Below are positions 19,934-30,580 of a DNA stretch of 50,822 nt, in pieces. The position numbers and the translations under genes are program-made. Within the stretch, counting starts at the first letter, position 1; each line of letters opens with the position of its first letter. Origin of the DNA: Candidatus Aenigmatarchaeota archaeon. GTDB lineage: Archaea > EX4484-52. The stretch is from the NCBI GenBank assembly GCA_023137195.1, contig JAGLPV010000021.1, forward strand, positions 1-50,822. Reading direction: 5' to 3'. Below the pieces are notes generated by a model. The model was not told where the DNA came from. It was given only the letters and a program-made list of their open reading frames with translations, and made no database searches.

Positions 19934-20197
19934 ATTGTTGTGTAATTATTGTACATATCGTAAGGAAATAATTACACAACATTAAAAGTAGTATTCCTCG
20001 TAAGGCTCTTTTATTGTTGTGTAATTATTGTACATATCGTAAGGAAATGATTACAAAACAATAAATGTATTTTCTCCGAAGGAGAAAACATTGAAAGCAG
20101 TATCTATTACAAGGAAACATTCATTGAACTTCCATTGGTGAATTTCATAAGGCTCTTTTATTATTGTGTAAATCATAGGGAAACGATTACAAAACAG
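19934..20197. repeat. palindromic direct-repeat cluster (2 near-identical 48-bp copies, 1 degenerate copy) plus a small hairpin
   Basis: attgttgtgtaattattgtacatatcgtaaggaaat(a/g)attaca(c/a)aaca at 19934 and 20013; degenerate copy 20148-20197. Copy 1 has 15-bp perfect arms (19936-19950/19967-19981). ttttctcc-gaa-ggagaaaa at 20070-20088. Confidence 0.85.
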
Positions 20198-22211
20198 ATT
20201 TATCATCTGGTCTTTTACCCAACGGCAAAGCAAAGCAAATTGTCGTCCCTTTATTCAATCCATCACTTTTCACCCATATCCCGCCGTGCATTTTCTTGAG
20301 CATTCTTTTGCATATGGACAGCCCCAATCCGGTACCGCCAAGATTATGTCTTGATTCATCTGCCTTGTAGAATTCCTCGAAGATTTTTTCAAGTTTTTCT
20401 TTTTCTATCCCTATTCCTGTATCAGATATAGAAACAATAACCTCTTTCTTGTTTTTTTCTGCACCAAATGTTATGGTTCCGCCACCCGGCATAAACTTTA
20501 CAGAATTCATCTGTATATTCTCCATTATTTCCCTAACCCTAAGTCTATCGCAAAGAACAAAGACCCTGTCTTTTATATTATTGACTACAACCACATTATT
20601 CTGTTTGTATGCTGTTTTATTTGTCTCTATTACTTCTTCCACAATTTGCAATATATCAATAGTTTTTATGTCAAACTTCATTGTATTGCCCTGGAGTCGC
20701 GCAAGGTTCAATGTATTGTCTACTAAAGAATTCAAATATTTGACATTCTTCAATATCACCTCCAAATCATATCGTGTATCTTTGTCCTTTGAATGTTTTA
20801 TTGCTATTGGAAGAAGAGTAAGCATAGGCGAAATAGGTGTCCTCAAATCATGGCTTAGCTGGTTGACAAACTGGTTTTTTTGTTCCAGCAATAACTCAAC
20901 ATGCTCTTTTTCTTCTTCCAACTCTTTTGTCCGGTCAACTACTTTTTTCTCAACATTTTGTTTTTCTTTTTTCAATTGATTCTTAGCATCAAGCAATTCT
21001 GTGTTTGTTTTTTTTTGCCTCTCCAGAATATATAGCATAGCTTCTGACGTTTTTTCTTCTTTGTTCAATTTTTCTGCAAGTTCTTTTGTCTTTTGATGGA
21101 CTTTGTCTTCAAGCGACGCTCTTGATTTTTTGACTTCAATCCTCATCAATTCAAATGATTTTGAAAGGACGCCAATTTCATCATCAGTACCCATTTGTAT
21201 TTTTGTATCAAGATTTCCTTTTGTGATTTCCTCTGCTGATTTTTTTAGATTAATCAAAGGCAGAGTAACTAAACGCGCTGTGAAAAAAGACAGCATTATG
21301 GTCAATATGATTATTATCGGGAAAACCACCAAAATCGTCTTTTTTAATTGCACTAAGGACTCAAAAGCTTTTGCTTCATCTATTTCAGCCAATAAGCACC
21401 ACTGCATTTCAGTAATGTGAGCATGAACTCCAAGAACATCATTTCCCACATAATTATCGTATGCCATTACATTGAGTTCATGCTCTGTTTCAGAATGAAC
21501 AATATGTTCAAGGCACTCGTTTGCGTTCCGGGTATCAACTTTTTGTACTAAAAATGTATTATTTAAATATTTTGAAGGAGTTATCATATAACCATCCTTA
21601 TCTATGAGGTATATCTCTCCCGCACATTCCATACCAGGTAATTGAGTCATTATTTTGAATATTTCTTCTTCTGCATCAAAATTAACGATAACAACACCGG
21701 AAAATTCATTGTTAATCAAAATTGGCGCAGAAACACTTACAACACTATTTTCAGTAAATCTGGAAATGTGCATATCTCCAATATAAACACCCTTTTTTGC
21801 TTTTATGAATATTTCCTTTGCACTCAGGTCATATCCAATATCTGTATGACTGGAAGCAATCACTATTCCTTCTTTGTTCAAAACCCGAACCCTTGAAATA
21901 CTTTGATAGGATTGTATCAGATTTTTTATTCGTATATTGGTCCGGTTCATTTCTTCGGTGTATTTTTTCGCAACCAGAATATCTTTAAAAGTATTTCCTG
22001 TTGCTATCATTCCTGTAGTGTCCTTATATGTACCTAAAATTGTTTCGATGTGATCTGCTTTTGTTTCTGCTGCTGTTTCCAGATGGGATTCAATTCCATG
22101 ATTCAGGGAATTATAATTTGTGTTGATAGATAAATAAATGAGAACTAGGATGGGCACTAATGATATAATCAAAAACATTAGGACAAGTTTATTATTTATA
22201 TTATTCTTCAT
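20187..22211 (-). CDS. membrane sensor histidine kinase (Cache-HAMP-HisKA-HATPase)
   Basis: Two TMs around a Cache-like domain, HAMP (PLINLKKSAEEITKGNL..DEIGVL), H-box SHDLRTP, N-box NSVKF, DTGIGI, FEEFYK, GTGLGLSIC. Confidence 0.93.
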   Translation of the reverse strand: MKNNINNKLVLMFLIISLVPILVLIYLSINTNYNSLNHGIESHLETAAETKADHIETILGTYKDTTGMIATGNTFKDILVAKKYTEEMNRTNIRIKNLIQSYQSISRVRVLNKEGIVIASSHTDIGYDLSAKEIFIKAKKGVYIGDMHISRFTENSVVSVSAPILINNEFSGVVIVNFDAEEEIFKIMTQLPGMECAGEIYLIDKDGYMITPSKYLNNTFLVQKVDTRNANECLEHIVHSETEHELNVMAYDNYVGNDVLGVHAHITEMQWCLLAEIDEAKAFESLVQLKKTILVVFPIIIILTIMLSFFTARLVTLPLINLKKSAEEITKGNLDTKIQMGTDDEIGVLSKSFELMRIEVKKSRASLEDKVHQKTKELAEKLNKEEKTSEAMLYILERQKKTNTELLDAKNQLKKEKQNVEKKVVDRTKELEEEKEHVELLLEQKNQFVNQLSHDLRTPISPMLTLLPIAIKHSKDKDTRYDLEVILKNVKYLNSLVDNTLNLARLQGNTMKFDIKTIDILQIVEEVIETNKTAYKQNNVVVVNNIKDRVFVLCDRLRVREIMENIQMNSVKFMPGGGTITFGAEKNKKEVIVSISDTGIGIEKEKLEKIFEEFYKADESRHNLGGTGLGLSICKRMLKKMHGGIWVKSDGLNKGTTICFALPLGKRPDDKSVL

Positions 22212-24438
22212 GTTTTTTCAATCTCCTGAGCTCTCTCTTTATGTTCCTGTTTTCTTCCTCAATTTCCTTCATTTTAAGAATCTGGTCGACTGTCGAATCC
22301 TTAAATCGCCCGAGTATAGTTACCTGATGATTTAGCTTATCCTGCACCTGTTTTAGTCTTGTGTTTGCCAGTTCAAGTTCTGATGTTCTTTTCTGAAGCT
22401 GAACTGTATGGTCTTCTCTTTCGTCTTCATATTTTTTTCGATAAGTAACATCCCTAAAGAAACCAACATTGCATTTTGTCTCATCCAGAATAGCCAGGGT
22501 TGTATTGATATCAGCGTAAATTATTGTCCTGTCTTTTTTCAGGCAGGGGATATTTTGCGCAAGACTATTTTTACCTCTTGCCTGCGCTTCAAATTCAGAA
22601 ATTATATGCTTTAGCTTGTCTTTTGGATGAATGTCACTTACATTCATTTGTTTCAGTTCTTTTTCTGTGTAACCAAGCATCCTGCATATTGCAGGATTGA
22701 CATACATGAATTTTCTTGTTTTAATTTCAGCTATAATTATACCATCTGTGGCTGATTCAAATAGCAGGCGGTATCTTTTTTCAGATTGCCTAACTGCATC
22801 TTCTGCTTTTTTTCGTTCAGTAACGTCTCTTGATACAAGGAGGAGTTCATCTTTCATTATACTTGCACGACATTCGAGATTATGCCAGTTTCCTTTAATA
22901 TCCTTCACTCTAAACTCAATAGATTCATAAGCAAATTCAGATTTCCCGGTAATAATCTTTTTTGCTTTCAGCGCAAGATATTTTTTTATCAATGGAATAA
23001 TCTTTTTTTTGTCATCAGGATGGGTTATATCAAACCCGGTTTTTCCGGTGTATTTTTTAGGGTCATAACCAAGGATTCTCTTATGGGATGGACTCATGTA
23101 AACATACTTGGGCGTACGCTCAAACGTCACTACTGCTATCAAGTCACTGGCATTCTCTGTTATGAGACGGTATCTTTCCTCAGACTTTTCAATTTCGCCC
23201 TTTGCCTTCATCAGGGAAACAACATCTTTTTCTGCGGTAACGTCCCGAATCAATCCCTGCATACCATTGACATTCCCGTGAATATCTTTTATGAACGACG
23301 TGGAGATAACAACATAGCGCTTTTTGCCTTTTGATGTCTTAAGACACAATTCCTTTTCTATAATCTCTTTCCCCTGCTTTCCTGTGAATCTTTCATAGTC
23401 CTTTGAATTCTGCCAGAACTGCAAAGGAAGAAACGGCTTATTTAAAAAAACCTTTTTATCATCTGCTTCAACTAATTTCATCAAAGCAGGATTTATATAG
23501 ACAATATTCCCTTCCGAATCAGACGTGTAAACACAGTACTCTGACTTTTCAAGCAGTTTCATGTTTTCTTCTTCTTCATTATGTAGTTTACTCTTAACTG
23601 CCCTGAAAATATCTGTCTGCGTTACGATACCACACAATTCGCCCAACCCCACAATAATCAGCCTGCGGATATTAAGCCGTTCCATAAGCCGACTGGCACT
23701 AAATACTGAATAATCAGGATGCACATATATTGCGGGAGTAGTCATTATCTCCTTCATTCGCGTGGTATGGGGATTCTTTTTCACTGCCACTACTCTTTTG
23801 ATTATATCCCTTTCACTGACTATGCCTGCTAATTTTCCATTATCTAAAACAACAATACATGAAATATTTCTGGATGACATTTTTTTTGTGGCATCTATCA
23901 CAAATGCATCTTTTTCTATCGTGACCACTTTTTTCGTCATTATTGCCCTAAGTGTAGTCCATATACCATAAGAAGTCAGCACCCTTGTAAGATCAGTTTG
24001 GGTTACAATCCCCTCTAGTTTACCTTTATTTATTACCGGCAGACGACGGATATGTTTTTTATCAAGAATTTTACTTGCCTCAAGTACAGATAAGCACGAA
24101 TCAACAGAATACACAGGAAAAGACATCACTGATTCTATCCTTATCCCACTGTGTTCTTTTACTTTAGAAACAGTATGCACCAAATCTCTTTCAGTAAGTA
24201 TTCCAACTATAACATTCTTATCCTTCACAACAACACACGATATATTCCTATCTGCCATTTTTTTTGCCGCAGAAGAAAGAACCTCTCTCGGAGATACAAC
24301 AACCACATTCTTGCTCATCACATCCTTTACTTCCACCCAGACCTTAGATGATGTCACTGCATGCTCCGGCATACCACTACCAATCCTTGCTTTAAACAAA
24401 TTATTTCTCAGAACCATATTATTATTCTCGTTCTGCAT
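22201..24438 (-). CDS. cytoplasmic sensor: 4 CBS + 3 PAS + C-terminal coiled coil, no output domain
   Basis: Two CBS pairs (VKDVMSKNVV..GILTERDL; GIVTQTD twice); PAS domains (YINPA, YMSPS..HPDD, YVNPA..IHP) each ending RDVT; no HisKA or GGDEF. Start uncertain (24438/24417/24372). Confidence 0.85.
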   Translation of the reverse strand: MQNENNNMVLRNNLFKARIGSGMPEHAVTSSKVWVEVKDVMSKNVVVVSPREVLSSAAKKMADRNISCVVVKDKNVIVGILTERDLVHTVSKVKEHSGIRIESVMSFPVYSVDSCLSVLEASKILDKKHIRRLPVINKGKLEGIVTQTDLTRVLTSYGIWTTLRAIMTKKVVTIEKDAFVIDATKKMSSRNISCIVVLDNGKLAGIVSERDIIKRVVAVKKNPHTTRMKEIMTTPAIYVHPDYSVFSASRLMERLNIRRLIIVGLGELCGIVTQTDIFRAVKSKLHNEEEENMKLLEKSEYCVYTSDSEGNIVYINPALMKLVEADDKKVFLNKPFLPLQFWQNSKDYERFTGKQGKEIIEKELCLKTSKGKKRYVVISTSFIKDIHGNVNGMQGLIRDVTAEKDVVSLMKAKGEIEKSEERYRLITENASDLIAVVTFERTPKYVYMSPSHKRILGYDPKKYTGKTGFDITHPDDKKKIIPLIKKYLALKAKKIITGKSEFAYESIEFRVKDIKGNWHNLECRASIMKDELLLVSRDVTERKKAEDAVRQSEKRYRLLFESATDGIIIAEIKTRKFMYVNPAICRMLGYTEKELKQMNVSDIHPKDKLKHIISEFEAQARGKNSLAQNIPCLKKDRTIIYADINTTLAILDETKCNVGFFRDVTYRKKYEDEREDHTVQLQKRTSELELANTRLKQVQDKLNHQVTILGRFKDSTVDQILKMKEIEEENRNIKRELRRLKKHEE

Positions 24439-24459
24439 TTATATGCATTTGCATCCGGA

Positions 24460-24834
24460 TTACACCTTCACGCCCATATTTTCAAGTTTCAGATAAAAAC
24501 TATGCCCTAAATCTCCCTTGAACTCGCATGAAAAATATTCTCTATCTGAACCAAGCACTTCATCGACGCATGATAGTAATTCCTGTATTGCCTTGCCTAC
24601 TTTCTTCGGCTCTATTGAATTTATCTTAGAGTCTATAATTATAACCTCTGAATCACTTGAAAAACTGGTTGTATTTATAGTTACATACTCCAGAAAACTG
24701 TATTTGGATTTTAATTTTCCTATCAGGGAATCCATCACTATCAAAGAATAATGCGAAGAAGAATTTCTGGATACCATACCAATAAGTGTGCGTAACACTT
24801 TATCTGCAATTATCGAGTTTTTTGTTGCTATCAT
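24460..24834 (-). CDS. hypothetical helical protein in the signalling operon (possible output or adaptor domain)
   Basis: 124-aa ORF co-oriented between the REC and CBS-PAS genes; KLKSKYSFLEYVTI..INSIEPKKVGKAI..LENMGV. Confidence 0.65.
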   Translation of the reverse strand: MIATKNSIIADKVLRTLIGMVSRNSSSHYSLIVMDSLIGKLKSKYSFLEYVTINTTSFSSDSEVIIIDSKINSIEPKKVGKAIQELLSCVDEVLGSDREYFSCEFKGDLGHSFYLKLENMGVKV

Positions 24835-24847
24835 TTTAATTTCTTTG

Positions 24848-25219
24848 TTATTTAAACACTTTATCGATCCTCTTTTTCAGGTCAAATGTATCAAACGGCT
24901 TTTCAATATAGTCCTCTGAAACAACATTTCCTAATCCTCTGCTTACCTCATCTGTCTTTGCTGTCAGAAAAATGATAGGAATTTTTTTCCATTTTAGCTT
25001 AGACCTTATCTGCGCCGCCGTCTCCCATCCATCCATGTCCGGCATCATTATATCCAACAGGATAAGATCAGGTATTTGACCCTTTTTTAACAAAGATATG
25101 CATTTCTCCCCACTATCTGCTTCTATAAACTCATAGCCTGACGCCAAATCATCAAGACCTCTCTTCACACTATATATCAAATCCAAATTGTCATCAACTA
25201 TCATTAATTTCTTTTTCAT
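24848..25219 (-). CDS. single-domain response regulator (REC), copy 1
   Basis: IVDDN, LLDIMMP (phospho-Asp), FLTAK, YIEKPF. Confidence 0.93.
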   Translation of the reverse strand: MKKKLMIVDDNLDLIYSVKRGLDDLASGYEFIEADSGEKCISLLKKGQIPDLILLDIMMPDMDGWETAAQIRSKLKWKKIPIIFLTAKTDEVSRGLGNVVSEDYIEKPFDTFDLKKRIDKVFK

Positions 25220-25286
25220 AATATCGCCCTACATTAAATCAATCTTATGTATTTTAATGAACAATAAACTATATATATCTTGTCCT

Positions 25287-25352
25287 CGTAAATAAAGCAT
25301 TCATTTACGGCATAAAAATCCTGTTGCGAAAATTTAAATCCACAGGATTTTT
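25287..25352. repeat. two adjacent inverted repeats in the intergenic spacer
   Basis: cgtaaat-N9-atttacg (25287-25309) and aaaaatcctgt-N17-acaggattttt (25314-25352). Confidence 0.5.
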
Positions 25353-25457
25353 TCCTGTTGGTTAATCACATAAAACCAACCATATTGACAATCCACAGAC
25401 ATTCAATTTTATGTATTTTATCCTCTTTGCAACCGGAAATAAATCCTCTTTTTATTT

Positions 25458-26318
25458 TCAAAACCCTTCAAGAATCTCTTCAATCTGCCTCTTGTTAATC
25501 GGCTTTTTCATGTAGTCTTTCGCCCCAAGTTCAATACACTGTTTTTTCGTCTTCTCATCATACACAGAAGTCTCCATCACAACAACAACACCCGGGTTGT
25601 CTTTCTTAATCTTCCCTAATGCCTCTACTCCGTCCATCTTCGGCATTTTGATATCCAAAAGAACAAGCGCTGGCTTCTCTTCCTTCGCCTTTGCCACAGC
25701 CTCCACTCCATCGACCGCCTCAATCACATTATATTTACCTACATCAATATAACTCTTGAGAGTCCCTCTCATCATTGACGAGTCATCCACAATAAGAACC
25801 TTTTTTTTCTTCCCTATGCTTTTCTCCTGTTTTCCTGCTTCTGCAATAAATGCTACTTCCTTTGCCTCAAGCACTTTGCCAAGATCTACAAGTATTATCA
25901 ACCTCTCATCAAGTATCCCAACACCCTGTATGTAATCGGAATTAATCTTTTTGGTTATCGCAGATGGAGCCGGCTCAACCTTATCTCCTGTGATTCTCAG
26001 CACTTCATTACACTCATCAACCACCATGCCGACAGTATTGTCATGTATATCTGTAATCAGCACCCTTGTGTTCTTGTCTTTCTCCTTAACAGGCAGGTTT
26101 AGTTTTTTTGCAAGGTCTATCACAACGATGATTTTTCCTCTTAAGTTTATGACGCCGAGGATGTAGTCTTCTGTATTTGGAACTTTTGTGACATCCTCCA
26201 TCTTGATAATTTCTCTTACATCATTTATGTCCACGCCGAATTCTTCATTCTCTATTTTGAAGACCACCAACTGTCTCTCGAAGAATTGCTTTTCTGTGTC
26301 TTTTTGTTCATCTGCCAT
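25458..26318 (-). CDS. cheW: CheW-REC fusion (CheV-like architecture), copy 1
   Basis: CheW: QLVVFKIENEEFGVDINDVREII..VPNTEDYILGVINLRGKII..VGMVVDECNEV. REC: IVDDSSMMR, LLDIKMPKMDG, METS, KKP. Confidence 0.9.
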   Translation of the reverse strand: MADEQKDTEKQFFERQLVVFKIENEEFGVDINDVREIIKMEDVTKVPNTEDYILGVINLRGKIIVVIDLAKKLNLPVKEKDKNTRVLITDIHDNTVGMVVDECNEVLRITGDKVEPAPSAITKKINSDYIQGVGILDERLIILVDLGKVLEAKEVAFIAEAGKQEKSIGKKKKVLIVDDSSMMRGTLKSYIDVGKYNVIEAVDGVEAVAKAKEEKPALVLLDIKMPKMDGVEALGKIKKDNPGVVVVMETSVYDEKTKKQCIELGAKDYMKKPINKRQIEEILEGF

Positions 26319-26339
26319 ACGAAGCCTCCTTATATGAAA

Positions 26340-28652
26340 TTATTTCTTTACCTCCTCTTTGCCTTTCTTTTTATTTCCATCCGGCTTGTCTCCTTTTTTC
26401 ACAGATTCTTTCTTATGCTCTATTTTTTTATCCTCTCTTACTGTATCTTCTACAGAAGAATCATCCAACTTAAATTCTGAAACAATCTTCTTTAAGTCCT
26501 CTGCTCCCTGGGCAAGACTCTGTGCTGCTTCACTTACCTGTGTCATGGACGCTGTTGTCTCCTCCATAGATGCTGATACTTCCTCGGATGCTGCTGCACT
26601 CTCTTCTGCTATTGCACTGACCTCTGCTGCCGATTTTGAGACTTTTTCCACACCGGCCTGCGATTCCTGTGCCGCAGCACTTACTTCCTGCACCTGTCCG
26701 GCAATGCCTTTCACAAGCTCACTGATATTTTCAAGCGATTGTACTGCTTCATGGATTACCGCCGAACCCTTATCTACTGCCTTTTTCGTGCTGTCCATCC
26801 CGGAAACAGATGTTTTTGTCTCTTCCTGCACAGCTGTTATCAAATCTGCAATCTGTGTTGTTGCTTTCTGCGACTCTTCTGCAAGTTTTCTTACCTCATC
26901 TGCAACAACTGCAAATCCTCTTCCGGCTTCTCCTGCCCGTGCCGCTTCAATTGCAGCATTCAATGCAAGAAGATTTGTCTGCTCTGAAATGTTGTTTATG
27001 ACATCTATAATCTTGCCGATTTCCTGGCTCTTTGTATCCAAAGCCGCTATATTTCCTGATGTTTTCTCTGCTGTCTCCATTATCTGGGTCATCGACTCGC
27101 CTGCTCTTTTTCCTGCTCCAAGACCATCAACAGCAGTTTTCTGCGCATTAGAAGCATTTTCAGCGGTTTTCTGGGAATTGTCCGCAACCATTTTTGTAGC
27201 ATTACCGACTTCCTCGATAGATGATTTTGTTTCACCGCTAAGCCTTGAAAGATCCTGTCCTCCCTTTGCAACTTCCTGTATTGTGGATGACACCTGCTGG
27301 CTTGATGCATTTACCTGCTCCGATGAAGCAGAAAGCTCTTCAGCAGATGATGCCGCAATATTAGCATTCTTGGTTATATTAGATATAAGACTTCTCAGGT
27401 TGCCAAGCATAGTTTTCATTGCATTTGTAAGCACAAGAATATCTCCCTTAGCATCTATATTTATATCCTTTGTCAAATCCCCTTTCGCAATAGTCTTGGC
27501 AATTTCTGTCAATTTTTGCGCAGGTCCTGCAACATTATCAAGCATTGAATTCAATGAATTTCCAAGCATACCGATTTCATCTTTGCTATCTACAGTAGCC
27601 CGCCTATCTAATTCAACGGTCTCTTCCAGTCCTCTAAGTTCTCTTACAAGACGGTCAATTGGTTTAGTAATAAGTTTTGCAATAAACAATGCAATTAGAA
27701 CGCTCAAAATTACAGCAACAATTGTAAATCCTACAATCATTGTATTTGCAGAAGATTGTGCAGAAAGCATCTCATCTTTTTGATCCGCACGAATTTCATT
27801 TGCTATATTCTCAAATTCCCTTGCTGCTGCAACAACATTTTCTTCCTCTGCCAGTTGTTCATGATAGAGGGATATGTACTCTTCTCCGGCAGTCTCGTAT
27901 TCTCCCAATGCCTTTGTAATCGTATCAATCTGGTCTAAATTCACCTGCTGATTGAACTTTGCTCTTGTAGTCTTGCACTGGCTGTCTATATCCTCAACAA
28001 GACCTCTCCATTCTGCTGCATATTTTTCATCCTTCCTAAGCATGTAGTTCTTTTCAGCAACCCTTACCGATTCCGCGTATTTTATGAGTCTGTTCGCATC
28101 ATCTGCCTTTCCTATTCTATCTGTAAGCTCTGCTGTTGATTTTCCTGATGCTAAATCTGCATCCAACTGCTCCTTCTGAGATATCCTTAGGGCATCGCAT
28201 TCTGCTTCAACAATCCTCGCTTTCTCAACCATTATCATTTTTGCATCTTCCTGTTCATCGTATATGTCCTCAAATTCCGCAATAGAAGCTTCGTATTTGT
28301 CAAGTTCTTCTGAAAGAGCATCCATCTGCGCTATATTGTCAACGCTATTGAACTTGGCTTTTGTTTGGGCAATCTGGGTATGTGCTCCTTCAACAACAGC
28401 GTTTAGTTTCTGTATAGAATGTTCAGTATCGCTCCCCTGAAGGTCGTATCCTCTCAGCTGGAAGTTCTTTTCCTGCTGTCTTGCCTTCAATACATCTTTC
28501 ACAAGACGATTCGCATCATCTGCCTTATCTACTCTATCAACAACAGTAGACATACTACTATATCCGGTATATCCAATTATAGCAGCAATCAATACCACAA
28601 CAACAAACCCGCAAAGAATTTTCGAGCCGATTTTCATATCCTTGAATCTCAT
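26340..28652 (-). CDS. methyl-accepting chemotaxis protein 1 (HBM-like sensor, 2 HAMP)
   Basis: Two TMs; duplicated [12 protein letters not shown](F/Y)xLR sensor halves; two HAMPs; tip [43 protein letters not shown] at 28652 preferred over GTG at 28661. Confidence 0.96.
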   Translation of the reverse strand: MRFKDMKIGSKILCGFVVVVLIAAIIGYTGYSSMSTVVDRVDKADDANRLVKDVLKARQQEKNFQLRGYDLQGSDTEHSIQKLNAVVEGAHTQIAQTKAKFNSVDNIAQMDALSEELDKYEASIAEFEDIYDEQEDAKMIMVEKARIVEAECDALRISQKEQLDADLASGKSTAELTDRIGKADDANRLIKYAESVRVAEKNYMLRKDEKYAAEWRGLVEDIDSQCKTTRAKFNQQVNLDQIDTITKALGEYETAGEEYISLYHEQLAEEENVVAAAREFENIANEIRADQKDEMLSAQSSANTMIVGFTIVAVILSVLIALFIAKLITKPIDRLVRELRGLEETVELDRRATVDSKDEIGMLGNSLNSMLDNVAGPAQKLTEIAKTIAKGDLTKDINIDAKGDILVLTNAMKTMLGNLRSLISNITKNANIAASSAEELSASSEQVNASSQQVSSTIQEVAKGGQDLSRLSGETKSSIEEVGNATKMVADNSQKTAENASNAQKTAVDGLGAGKRAGESMTQIMETAEKTSGNIAALDTKSQEIGKIIDVINNISEQTNLLALNAAIEAARAGEAGRGFAVVADEVRKLAEESQKATTQIADLITAVQEETKTSVSGMDSTKKAVDKGSAVIHEAVQSLENISELVKGIAGQVQEVSAAAQESQAGVEKVSKSAAEVSAIAEESAAASEEVSASMEETTASMTQVSEAAQSLAQGAEDLKKIVSEFKLDDSSVEDTVREDKKIEHKKESVKKGDKPDGNKKKGKEEVKK

Positions 28653-28710
28653 ATTTTTCACACTATTTTATTTTTATTATCCTATATAAAAAATACTGCA
28701 TATATAAACA

Positions 28711-28729
28711 TACACTACAAAATAGTGTA
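28711..28729. promoter_or_regulatory. putative HxlR-family operator
   Basis: TACACTA-caaaa-TAGTGTA between divergent MCP1 and the HxlR gene; extra half-site acactatttt at 28660-28669. Confidence 0.55.
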
Positions 28730-28764
28730 GTTATATTATATATAATGCATTATATAACTCTACT

Positions 28765-29127
28765 ATGAGCAATCATTATTATGATGAACTAAAAAAAAGC
28801 ATGTTGCTGAAACTGCTTCAACTGCTTGGCAAAAAATGGTCTATGTCAATTTTAATTTCATTTATTGATGATGAAAAACAGCAATATTGCACAATAATGA
28901 AAAAATTCAAAAAAGCAATCAATCCTACTCTTTTGTCAGAGAGGCTAAAATCTTTTGAAAAACACAGCATCATAATGAAATGCGATGACGGCTGTTACCA
29001 GATTACAGAACTGGGCAAAAAAGTAATCACTTATCTCGATACTTTTAAAGAGGAAATGGAAAAAAATAATTTCACCTTCCCTGAAAAACTCAAATCAAAA
29101 AAGTATTTTGGTAATGTATATTATTGA
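28765..29127 (+). CDS. HxlR-family winged-helix transcriptional regulator
   Basis: LLGKKWSMSIL, INPTLLSERLKSFEKHSII, YQITELGK. Confidence 0.85.
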   Translation: MSNHYYDELKKSMLLKLLQLLGKKWSMSILISFIDDEKQQYCTIMKKFKKAINPTLLSERLKSFEKHSIIMKCDDGCYQITELGKKVITYLDTFKEEMEKNNFTFPEKLKSKKYFGNVYY

Positions 29128-29144
29128 AAAGAGCAATCGCTTAT

Positions 29145-30542
29145 CTAAAAATCATCCAGATCAAAGACGACAAACCCGCTCTTTCTTAATTCATCTTTAC
29201 CCTCTATTTTTCTGGCAATCAAACCAAAATGCTCTTTCCGACTCTCATCACGCCACTGGACATAATACGATTTCTGCTTCAACTTTTCAAGAATATCCAA
29301 TGCCTTATTCTTACCCAAATCCATCCATTTGCATTCAAAGAACCCAATCTCTTTTGCATCCTCATTCAACGCAACAAGGTCTAACTCCACCTCTTTCCGA
29401 CCATTATCCGACTTATAATGCCCCCACCAGTTGCCGATTTTTTCAAAATGAAATTTTAATTTATTCTTTCTATTCAAATCAATCAAAAATTCCTTTGATA
29501 TACCTTCAAACACATATCCAATATAAGAATCAAGATTGTCATAGATTAACTTTGCAATCTTGTCTTTATCCCCTCCTTCAATTTCAGACAGATTGGGATA
29601 AATAAAACGAAACCAGAACTTAAAATAATTATCTGAAATCACATAATGCGTATTTTTTGTTTTTACTTTTTTTTCTGTAACCTTTATTATCTTTTTTACA
29701 AATCTCAAATTAGACAGAACAGACAAATATTTAGGCAGTTTATTTACATCTATATTTGACTTGGATGCAAGTATACTCATTCTCAATGGTCTGTCCTTGA
29801 TTTGCTCTAAAAGAGTAAGATACGTCCCTGTATCCCTCAACTCCTGTTTCAACAAAAACAACGGCTCCTTGTACAATATCTTATCCTGTCTGAGGATATT
29901 TTCTTCTATATTTTTTCTGATTGATTTCTTATCATCAAATTCAAGCAGATACATCGGGATATTTCCCAGTATTGAATGTGCCTGTATTTTTTGCCCTAAA
30001 TTATATTTGGGGAAAAACTCAAAAACATTTTTCAAAAACATAGGCAATAACTCGATTTGTCCTGTCCTCCTGCCGTAAAGCGGACTCTTGTAATCCAGCA
30101 AATCCTCCATCATGCTAATAGAAGAGCCGCAAAGAATCAAAAAAATATTTGTATCTTTAAAATACTCATCCCACGCCATCTGGAATAAAGAAGCCATTGC
30201 CTTGTTTTTCCCCATCAAATAAGGAAATTCATCAATTACAAGAATCAATCTTTCCTTAGATTTTTGCGAAATATATTCAAATAAATCCTCCCAACTCTCA
30301 ACAAGAGGTGTCATTTCATCAAAACTCTCAGCAATTCTTTTTGCTATCTTTTTTATCTGGATCAGATCATTTTCCTGGCTGCACAAATAATATATGTATT
30401 TCTTGTTTTTGCAGAATTCTTTAATAAGAGCAGTTTTCCCAACTCTTCGCCTACCATAAACCAGTAAAAATTCAGGATTTCCTGAATCATGCCTTTGATT
30501 TAATGCTGTCAGTTCCTGTCTTCTGTTAATAAACAAACTCAT
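29145..30542 (-). CDS. archaeal ATPase (ATPase_2) - wHTH - DUF234/PD-(D/E)xK protein
   Basis: FINRRQEL, YGRRRVGKT, LVIDEFPYL, SPLYGRRT, DNYFKFWFRFIYPN, EVELDLVA..FFECKW. Confidence 0.92.
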   Translation of the reverse strand: MSLFINRRQELTALNQRHDSGNPEFLLVYGRRRVGKTALIKEFCKNKKYIYYLCSQENDLIQIKKIAKRIAESFDEMTPLVESWEDLFEYISQKSKERLILVIDEFPYLMGKNKAMASLFQMAWDEYFKDTNIFLILCGSSISMMEDLLDYKSPLYGRRTGQIELLPMFLKNVFEFFPKYNLGQKIQAHSILGNIPMYLLEFDDKKSIRKNIEENILRQDKILYKEPLFLLKQELRDTGTYLTLLEQIKDRPLRMSILASKSNIDVNKLPKYLSVLSNLRFVKKIIKVTEKKVKTKNTHYVISDNYFKFWFRFIYPNLSEIEGGDKDKIAKLIYDNLDSYIGYVFEGISKEFLIDLNRKNKLKFHFEKIGNWWGHYKSDNGRKEVELDLVALNEDAKEIGFFECKWMDLGKNKALDILEKLKQKSYYVQWRDESRKEHFGLIARKIEGKDELRKSGFVVFDLDDF

Positions 30543-30580
30543 AATAATAATTATTACAAGTATAATTTTAAATAGTTTTC

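Noticed and set aside
19934-20197. CRISPR or IS-end interpretation of the 48-bp repeats
   Set aside because: Irregular spacing, the intervening DNA shares repeat words (tcgtaagg), and no transposase or target duplication is seen.
26359-27783. 474-aa + strand ORF (and the similar 33178..34092)
   Set aside because: Antisense shadows of the Ala/Ser-rich MCP coiled coils; no motifs of their own.
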